Shown here piece by piece: positions 57,627 to 64,000 of a stretch of 64,000 nucleotides of DNA. Numbering within the stretch: position 1 is the first letter of the stretch; every line of letters starts with the position of its first letter. The DNA is taken from contig URPA01000001.1 of assembly GCA_900549545.1 (NCBI GenBank), positions 27,275-91,274 on the forward strand. The letters run 5' to 3'. Under the pieces are notes generated by a model that saw only the letters and a list, made by a program, of their open reading frames with translations, made no database searches and was not told the origin of the DNA. Made by a program: the position numbers and the translations under genes. This stretch comes from an uncultured Eubacteriales bacterium. Its GTDB lineage: Bacteria > Bacillota > Clostridia > Oscillospirales > Oscillospiraceae.

Positions 57627-59534
57627 ATGAAATCCAAGTACTCAGGATATATGGGAAAAATCATGCAGGTGGACCTGAGCACCGAGACTGTCAAGGAGTA
57701 CCCGTGGAGCGATGAGCAGAGAGAGCTGTTTCTTGGCGGGAAGATTATGGCCGCCAGAATACTGTATGAGCACCTGACGGGGAGAGAAGAGGCGTTTTCC
57801 GAGGAAAACTGGGTCGTTATCGCGACTGGCCCGCTCACCGGCACCGGCGCACCCAGCTCCGCGAGGTTTGACATTTCCGCCCTCTCGCCGCAGACGGGGA
57901 TCCTGGCCTCCTCCAACTGCGGCGGCAGCTTTGGCTTTTACCTGAAAAAAGCGGGCTACGACGCGCTGATTTTAACCGGCAAATGCCGAAGCCGCCGCTG
58001 GCTTGAAATTAATGAGGATGAGTTTATCTTCCATGACGCCGACGAGCTTTGGGGCATGAAAACGAGCGAGTGCCAGCGAAAGCTCAATGAGCTCACCGGA
58101 AAAAAGATGCTCGGCAGGCTCTGCATTGGCCCCGCCGGAGAAAACCTGGTGAAATACGCCGGGGTAGTCAGCGACGAGCGCGCCGCCGGGCGCACAGGCA
58201 TGGGCGCTGTGCTGGGCTGGAAAAACCTCAAGGCAATCACCGCGACAGGCAGCAAAACCGTCCCGATTTTTGACAAGGAGCAGACCATTGCCTGGTGCAA
58301 AAAGTGGTTTACATACCTTCAAAACCACCCGCTCACAGGCGAGCAGTTACCCAAAATGGGCACGGCGGGGCTTGTAAGCTCCATGCAGATGCACGGGCTG
58401 CTTGCGACTAAAAACTACTCCGCCGGGCAGTATGAGGATTTTGGGATGGTCAGCGGGGAGGCGCTTGCCGAGGATTATAACATCGTCAACAAGGGCTGCC
58501 TGACCTGCCCGATACGCTGCGGCAGAACCGTAAAGGTCGATGGTCAGGCCGTGAAGGGCCCGGAGCTTGAAACGCTTGGCCTGCTGGGCGGCAACATCTG
58601 CAACAATGACATGCAGAAGATTCTCGACTGGAACTACGAGCTTGACGAGCTGGGGATGGACACGATTTCCGCCGCCAACACCATTGCCTGGGCAATGGAG
58701 GCAAACGAGAAGGGCATCTGGAATAACGGCCTGCAATTTGGCAGGGTGGAGGAACTGTCGCAGATTTTTGAGGACATTGCCTACCGCCGGGGCATCGGAA
58801 ATGAGCTTGCCGAGGGCAGCAAGCGCCTGTCTGAAAAATTTGGAGGCAAGGACTTTGCCATGCACTCAAAGGGACTGGAGCTTGCGGCCTATGAGCCGCG
58901 CCGCGCCGTCGGTCAGGGGCTTGGTTATGCTGTTTCAAACCGCGGCGGCTGCCACCTAAACGGCGGGTATCTTGTCATCTTTGAGGGCCTTGGCCTGAAC
59001 ACCGATTCCCAGACACCCAAGGCCAAAGCCGATTTAACAATGCTGTTTCAGGACCTGATGGAGACGATTTCCGCCTCCGGGCAGTGTCTGTTCACGTCAT
59101 ATGCGTTTTTCCCAGCCTTTCTGCTGACAAAGCCCAACGGCATCATGACCAAAATGGTCAACGCCGCCATTCCTCACATTGGCTGGGCGGTGCGGTTTAT
59201 CAACAAATACCCCAGAGCCGTGGCAATAAATCTGCCAATCTTCCACCACACGAAGATGATAAGCTATGCGGTCGGCATGAAGATGAACTTTGGCAAATAT
59301 ATCTCCATCGGCGAGCGCGGCTATACAATGGAGCGGTATATCAACACGAAGTTCGGCATCAGTTCTGAAAATGACAAGCTGCCCAAGCGGCTGACGGATG
59401 TGCCGCAGGATCCGAAGAACCCCAAAACCAAAATACCGCTTGAAAAAATGAAGAAAACATACTACAAGGCCCGGGGCTGGGATGAAAACGGCATCCCCAC
59501 GGAAAAGACCCTGCGGCGGCTGAAAATCAAATGA
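57627..59534 (+). CDS. aldehyde:ferredoxin oxidoreductase (tungstopterin AOR family)
   Basis: 635 aa with the AOR N-terminal domain (KIMQVDLSTETVKEY) and Cys motifs for the 4Fe-4S/pterin domain (CLTCPIRCGR). Confidence 0.8.
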   Translation: MKSKYSGYMGKIMQVDLSTETVKEYPWSDEQRELFLGGKIMAARILYEHLTGREEAFSEENWVVIATGPLTGTGAPSSARFDISALSPQTGILASSNCGGSFGFYLKKAGYDALILTGKCRSRRWLEINEDEFIFHDADELWGMKTSECQRKLNELTGKKMLGRLCIGPAGENLVKYAGVVSDERAAGRTGMGAVLGWKNLKAITATGSKTVPIFDKEQTIAWCKKWFTYLQNHPLTGEQLPKMGTAGLVSSMQMHGLLATKNYSAGQYEDFGMVSGEALAEDYNIVNKGCLTCPIRCGRTVKVDGQAVKGPELETLGLLGGNICNNDMQKILDWNYELDELGMDTISAANTIAWAMEANEKGIWNNGLQFGRVEELSQIFEDIAYRRGIGNELAEGSKRLSEKFGGKDFAMHSKGLELAAYEPRRAVGQGLGYAVSNRGGCHLNGGYLVIFEGLGLNTDSQTPKAKADLTMLFQDLMETISASGQCLFTSYAFFPAFLLTKPNGIMTKMVNAAIPHIGWAVRFINKYPRAVAINLPIFHHTKMISYAVGMKMNFGKYISIGERGYTMERYINTKFGISSENDKLPKRLTDVPQDPKNPKTKIPLEKMKKTYYKARGWDENGIPTEKTLRRLKIK

Positions 59535-59767
59535 TAAAAGTAAAGTTTATGGGGCTGCTGCGGCTTGAGTCCGGAATACGGGAGCTTGAGCTCGAAGTGG
59601 ACAGTGTTAAAGCCTTATATGAGGCGCTGATGAAGCAGACGGACACTATAACCCGAAAGAAGCTGGACGGCTGCGTCATATTCATAAACGGCAGACAGGG
59701 AAGCAGACGAAGCAGATTAGCTGACGGCGACGAGGTAATTTTAATGTCGCCGGTTGCAGGCGGATGA
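59531..59767 (+). CDS. MoaD/ThiS-family small sulfur-carrier-like protein
   Basis: 78 aa ending in Gly-Gly (VAGG). Its start overlaps the AOR stop (ATGA). Confidence 0.65.
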   Translation: MIKVKFMGLLRLESGIRELELEVDSVKALYEALMKQTDTITRKKLDGCVIFINGRQGSRRSRLADGDEVILMSPVAGG

Positions 59768-59779
59768 AAGGAGATTAGA

Positions 59780-60994
59780 ATGAATCATAAATTTGAAGTT
59801 GCGTATTGCCGCGTTTATCAGGCGGTATTGAAGGTAGGGAACTACTTCATGGGCTATCGTATGCCCGAGTATATGGAGGGCGCCGGGAAGATTCGGGAGC
59901 TTGGCGGCTTCCTTAAAGAGAAGAACATCAACGATGTTCTTGTGGTTACAGGCTCCGGCATGATGCGCCGGGGCACGGCTCAGCCCCTGCTCGACGGCTT
60001 TGATGAGGCCGGCATACGCTACACTGTCCAGTGCTTTGACCACTCCGACCCGACGAGTGACGATGTGGAGGAGGGCTTCAAGGCATATCAGGACAACGGC
60101 TGCAAGGCGCTGGTTGCTCTGGGCGGCGGCTCCCGTATCGACTGCGCCAAGGGCATTGCCGCAAAGGCGGTGCACCCGAGGAAAAAGGTCTCCCAGCTTC
60201 AGGGCCTTTTGAAGGTGCACAAGCGCATCCCGCCCTTTGTCGCCATCCCCACCACGGCGGGCGCGGGCTCTGAAACCACCGTCGCCGCGGTCATTATCGA
60301 CTCAGCCACGCACAGAAAGGCCGCCATCAATGACCCCGCGCTCATTCCGAAGTACGCCGTGTTTGACCCGACGCTGACAGTCGGCCTGCCGCCCTTTACA
60401 ACCGCCACCACCGGCATGGACGCGCTATGCCACGCTGTGGAGGCCTACACCAACCATACATACAACACAAGGCTTGAAAACGACCTCGCAAAGCAGGCCG
60501 TTAAGCTCATCCACGATAATATTCTCATCGCTTTTGAGGACGGCGGGAATCTTGAAGCCCGGCAGAATATGCAGCGTGCGGCTTTCTACGCGGGGCGCGC
60601 CTTCACCCGCGGCTGTGTGGGCTATGTCCACGCTGTGGGGCACACGCTCGGCGGCCTGTATGGAGTTCCCCACGGGCTTGCAATGTCGGTTATTCTGCCC
60701 CATGTTATGCGCCAGTTCGGCGCGCCCGCCCGCATGAGACTTGCGGAGCTGGCCGACGCCTGCGGTATCCTGGGCACGACACAGGCGGAAAAGGCGGCGG
60801 GCTTTATAAGCTGGATAGAGCATACCAACGCGAAGATGGGCCTGCCCTCGACCTTTGACATGATTGAGGATAAGGACATTGACCAGATGATTGCATGGGC
60901 GATGAAGGAGGCCAATCCTCTCTATCCTGTGCCTGTCGTGTGGAGCAAGGAGGATTTCAGAAAGCTCATTGAGAGCATCCGCACGAAGAAATAA
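59780..60994 (+). CDS. iron-containing (group III) alcohol dehydrogenase
   Basis: Fe-ADH family motifs (GGGSRIDCAKGIA, metal-binding His region HAVGHTLGGLYGVPHG). Confidence 0.85.
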   Translation: MNHKFEVAYCRVYQAVLKVGNYFMGYRMPEYMEGAGKIRELGGFLKEKNINDVLVVTGSGMMRRGTAQPLLDGFDEAGIRYTVQCFDHSDPTSDDVEEGFKAYQDNGCKALVALGGGSRIDCAKGIAAKAVHPRKKVSQLQGLLKVHKRIPPFVAIPTTAGAGSETTVAAVIIDSATHRKAAINDPALIPKYAVFDPTLTVGLPPFTTATTGMDALCHAVEAYTNHTYNTRLENDLAKQAVKLIHDNILIAFEDGGNLEARQNMQRAAFYAGRAFTRGCVGYVHAVGHTLGGLYGVPHGLAMSVILPHVMRQFGAPARMRLAELADACGILGTTQAEKAAGFISWIEHTNAKMGLPSTFDMIEDKDIDQMIAWAMKEANPLYPVPVVWSKEDFRKLIESIRTKK

Positions 60995-61010
60995 TTATAC
61001 GGAGTCGGCG

Positions 61011-61706
61011 ATGAACAGGCACTTTGAGATACTCGACCTTGAATATGTCTTTGGCGGAGTTGAGCAGCATTTATATCCTGCTGTACTCTTTGACGGTGAT
61101 GATGCTGTATTGGTGGATTGTGGATATCCCGGCTCACTGCCGATGATAGAGGCCCAGTTGCTCTCGCGTGGTATAGCGCCAGAGCGGATAACAAAACTGG
61201 TACTTACACATCAGGACGATGACCATATGGGAGCGGCGGCAGAGCTTAAAGAGAAATACCCTGCCATTGAGATACTTGCATCCGCTGAGGAAGCACCATA
61301 TATCTCGGGTCAGCAAAAGAATCTCCGCCTGCAGCAGGGGGAGGATATGCAGGATGGCCTTCCCGAAGAGGAAAAGGCTTTCGGCGAAGCGTTTTGTGAA
61401 CGATACAGAGCCCTGCGCCCTGTGGAAGTGGATGTCTTTGTACATGATGGGGACCGATTTGACTGGGGCGGTGGCTGTGTCATTATGGCGACACCGGGCC
61501 ATATGCCGGGGCATATCTCTATTCGCGCTCTTGACGATGAATATATCATAACAGGAGATGCGGCTACCATTGAGGGAAACGAGCTTGTGATAGCCAATCC
61601 CGGATTTTGCCTTGACGTTGAAGCTGCACAAAAATCATTGGATGCAATGCTCTCGCTTAAATGCAAAAGTTATATCTGCTATCATGGCGGAGTTTTTAAG
61701 CGGTAA
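61011..61706 (+). CDS. MBL-fold metallo-hydrolase
   Basis: HxHxDH motif (LTHQDDDHMG). Confidence 0.7.
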   Translation: MNRHFEILDLEYVFGGVEQHLYPAVLFDGDDAVLVDCGYPGSLPMIEAQLLSRGIAPERITKLVLTHQDDDHMGAAAELKEKYPAIEILASAEEAPYISGQQKNLRLQQGEDMQDGLPEEEKAFGEAFCERYRALRPVEVDVFVHDGDRFDWGGGCVIMATPGHMPGHISIRALDDEYIITGDAATIEGNELVIANPGFCLDVEAAQKSLDAMLSLKCKSYICYHGGVFKR

Positions 61707-61875
61707 AAACAAAACGAATGACACACAGCTGGGGATTGACTTTAATCCCCGGCTGTGCTATGCTCGGTTCAAATTTAAATGTAATCCTGCCACCGGGTAG
61801 GGAATGGAAGCATTCGTTGCGCATCGTTAGGTCTTTGAAGATGCGTGTACGGGTGCTTGTTTTATTGGAGGAAAA
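61707..61875 (+). promoter_or_regulatory. structured 5' leader of pnuC, a candidate cis-regulatory RNA or operator
   Basis: 14-bp-arm palindrome cacagctgggga-N8-aatccccggctgtg. A long-range pairing is possible between acgaatg at 61716 and cattcgt at 61827. A hairpin cgcatc-N14-gatgcg lies just before the RBS. Confidence 0.3.
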
Positions 61876-62580
61876 ATGGGCCGAATTGCAAGAAAACTGA
61901 ACTACTTCACAAAAGCAGAGCGGGCGCTTTGGTGCGTGTCTGTGGCGCTGATACTTGTGTTTTTTGTCGTTTTTGACAGGGCGGGGTATCTCACCCTCGC
62001 GGCCTCACTCATAGGGGTAACCTCGCTTATATTCAACGCCAAGGGCAATCCTTTTGGGCAGATGCTTATGCTTGTGTTCAGCCTGCTTTATGGCATTGTG
62101 TCATATACTTTCGCCTATTATGGGGAGATGATAAGCTATATCGGCATGTCCGCGCCCATGGCGGCTTTTGCGCTGGTGAGCTGGCTTAAAAACCCATATA
62201 AGGGCAACAAGGCAGAGGTGAGCGTGCATCGCCTGCGAGCGCGGGAGCTTATAATTGTGCTTGTTTTAACTGTCCCGGTAACGGTTGGGTTTTATTTTAT
62301 TCTTGCGCATTTTAATACCGCAAACCTCATTCCAAGCACTGTGTCAATAACCACAAGCTTTATCGCGGTTTGCTTGACCGCGCTGCGAAGCCCGTTTTTC
62401 GCTTTGGCATACGCGGCAAATGATGTGGTATTGATAATTCTCTGGGCGCTTGCGGCGCTCAGTGACGTGTCATACCTGTCAATGCTTATCTGCTTTATTG
62501 TTTTTCTCGTAAATGACATTTACGGATATATCAATTGGTCTAAAATGCAGAAGCGGCAGGAGAAGGGAGCAAAAAAATAA
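61876..62580 (+). CDS. pnuC: nicotinamide riboside transporter PnuC
   Basis: PnuC family sequence (AANDVVLIILW) with multiple transmembrane helices. Confidence 0.8.
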   Translation: MGRIARKLNYFTKAERALWCVSVALILVFFVVFDRAGYLTLAASLIGVTSLIFNAKGNPFGQMLMLVFSLLYGIVSYTFAYYGEMISYIGMSAPMAAFALVSWLKNPYKGNKAEVSVHRLRARELIIVLVLTVPVTVGFYFILAHFNTANLIPSTVSITTSFIAVCLTALRSPFFALAYAANDVVLIILWALAALSDVSYLSMLICFIVFLVNDIYGYINWSKMQKRQEKGAKK

Positions 62581-62608
62581 AAACAAGCTCATTGCCTATG
62601 GCATATTC

Positions 62609-63121
62609 ATGAAGTATAATGACCGCGAGGTGATTTTTGTGGCAGGAGAAGAAAAAAAGAATTTTAACGCCATGCTCCATGACAGCAAGGACATGCCGAA
62701 AATCAAAATAATCAGCGACCAAGCCAGCATAGAAAAGTATGGTGGGGAGAGAATGTATTTTGCGCCGCCGATTGACTATGACAATGCAATGAAAAAAGTG
62801 CCGGCAGGAAAACTAACTACCGTGGGCGCGCTGCGCGAGCTTTTTGCGCGGCAGTCCGGGGCGGATTTTACCGAGCCTATCACGGCCGGAATATTTGTAT
62901 CCATAGCGGCATGGGCGAGTTATCAGAGAGAAAACGACAAAACGCCATATTGGCGGACGCTTAAGGCAAATGGCGAGCTTAATGACAAATACCCCGGCGG
63001 CGCTTTGGCGCAGAAGGCGCGTCTTGAGGCGGAGGGGCACAGCGTAATTCAGCGCGGGCGAAAGAACATAAAATATTATGTAAAAGACTACGAAAAAGCG
63101 CTGTTTGATTTTGGTGAATAA
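62609..63121 (+). CDS. hypothetical protein with an MGMT/alkyltransferase-like (Atl-like) DNA-binding domain lacking the catalytic Cys (tentative)
   Basis: TTVGALRELFARQSG ... PYWRTLKANGEL resembles the MGMT helix-turn-helix region and the PCHRV motif with Cys replaced. Start chosen at 62609. Confidence 0.35.
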   Translation: MKYNDREVIFVAGEEKKNFNAMLHDSKDMPKIKIISDQASIEKYGGERMYFAPPIDYDNAMKKVPAGKLTTVGALRELFARQSGADFTEPITAGIFVSIAAWASYQRENDKTPYWRTLKANGELNDKYPGGALAQKARLEAEGHSVIQRGRKNIKYYVKDYEKALFDFGE

Positions 63122-63237
63122 TATGGCCTTGAAACCCACGCAAAATTTGTATATAATAAAGCGCAATGCTTAGATAGTTAAATACTAAGATGTTTCTTGC
63201 CTAACCATCTTATAAATAAAAAACAAGGAGTAATATC

Positions 63238-63981
63238 ATGTTACGAAAAATCAAACGGGAGATCCTTGAGGTCAGGATTCTGCTGGGCAGTATACCCGCG
63301 CCGGTTGTGATGGCGTTTGCGGTGTCGGTCATTATGATGAACCTGCTTGCAAACAAGAGCATTAACCTGAGCTGGGAGTATATGGCGCTCGACTGCGGGA
63401 TTTTGATTTCCTGGGTCTCGTTTTTGTCGATGGACATTATCACAAAGCATTTCGGCCCCAAGGCGGCAACTGAACTGTCGGTTGTTGTGGTGCTTGTAAA
63501 TCTCATCTGCTGTGGCTTTTTCTTTATCGCCGGGAGCATACCCGGTGTGTGGGGGCAGTCCTATGTTCCGGGCAGCGAGACTGTTATAAACCACGCGCTT
63601 GACAGCACAATCCGCGGCACATGGTATGTCCTGCTGGGAAGCACGCTTGCGTTTATTGCCTCAGCGGTGATAAACAATTTTTCAAACTATTTTATCGGCA
63701 AGCTCCTGCAAAAAAACGCGGACAGCTTCGGGACTTACGCTGTGCGCAGCTATGTGTCCACCGCCATCGGGCAGTTTTGCGATAACCTCGTTTTCGCGCT
63801 GGTGGTGAGCCGGGTATTCTTCGGCTGGACGCTTATTCAGTGCTTCGCCTGCTCACTCACGGGTATGGTGGTGGAGCTGCTGCTTGAGGTGATTTTCTCG
63901 CCCATTGGTTACAGAATTTGCAAAAGCTGGCAGGCAAAAAATGTGGGCAGAGAGTATTTTGAACTGAGGGGGGAGCTGTAA
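63238..63981 (+). CDS. yhhQ: queuosine-precursor transporter YhhQ (VUT/DUF165 family)
   Basis: VUT-family polytopic membrane protein sequence. Confidence 0.7.
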   Translation: MLRKIKREILEVRILLGSIPAPVVMAFAVSVIMMNLLANKSINLSWEYMALDCGILISWVSFLSMDIITKHFGPKAATELSVVVVLVNLICCGFFFIAGSIPGVWGQSYVPGSETVINHALDSTIRGTWYVLLGSTLAFIASAVINNFSNYFIGKLLQKNADSFGTYAVRSYVSTAIGQFCDNLVFALVVSRVFFGWTLIQCFACSLTGMVVELLLEVIFSPIGYRICKSWQAKNVGREYFELRGEL

Positions 63982-64000
63982 AATGAATGTTCTTATAACC

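Noticed and set aside
1-64000. Searched for CRISPR arrays, rRNA genes, integrase/recombinase genes and a second (VR) copy of the DGR template repeat
   Set aside because: None was seen by eye. There is no regularly spaced direct-repeat array, no tyrosine or serine recombinase signature, and no second copy of the ggcgtgtggtgcgtgtg-containing TR skeleton.

Overview
This 64 kb window looks like a high-GC Clostridia (Bacillota) chromosome, possibly an Oscillospirales-type spore-former. It has three compositionally distinct parts.

1. Positions 1 to about 7.4 kb, roughly 42% GC. This is the terminal part of a prophage or mobile region. Its first 1.7 kb holds the core of a diversity-generating retroelement (DGR): an Avd-like gene, a template repeat (TR), and a DGR-type reverse transcriptase. 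The cognate variable repeat and target gene are not in the window; they are predicted just upstream of position 1. Next comes a holin plus a two-catalytic-domain endolysin. After that sits a small cargo hotspot with two regulated modules: (a) a palindrome-embedded consensus promoter driving a 43-aa ORF and a ribbon-helix-helix (RHH) protein, and (b) an XRE regulator placed divergently from a DEDDh exonuclease fused to a BRCT domain, sharing an inverted-repeat operator. An IS30-family transposase gene and a tRNA-Leu(CAG) follow.

2. About 7.7 to 17.9 kb, roughly 54% GC, with Arg encoded mostly by AGG/CGG. Housekeeping genes: sufCB, NhaC and NSS transporters, a Csp-like S8 protease, and dgt-dnaG-sigA.

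3. About 17.9 to 64 kb, roughly 60% GC, with Arg encoded mostly by CGC. Genes include an orphan ACP, the long-form SRP RNA upstream of dnaX, and ybaB followed by a GH2 hydrolase, nagB, and several transporters. Then come ybaK, uvrA, recD2-comFC, mreB, ispDF, a DUF3343 gene with a cysteine desulfurase, cdaA-cdaR, rseC-like, yicC, remA, gmk and rpoZ. These are followed by priA, def, fmt, rsmB, rlmN, stp-prkC, rsgA, a SipL-like sporulation protein, yebC, smpB, a PPIase and tmRNA. Downstream of tmRNA is a tungsten-type aldehyde:ferredoxin oxidoreductase (AOR) - MoaD-like - Fe-ADH - MBL cluster. Last are the pnuC, Atl-like and yhhQ salvage transporter genes.

The switch between the second and third codon-usage regimes falls inside the conserved 3' half of sigA. 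This suggests a chimeric join, either in the assembly or by recombination. No CRISPR array or rRNA was found.
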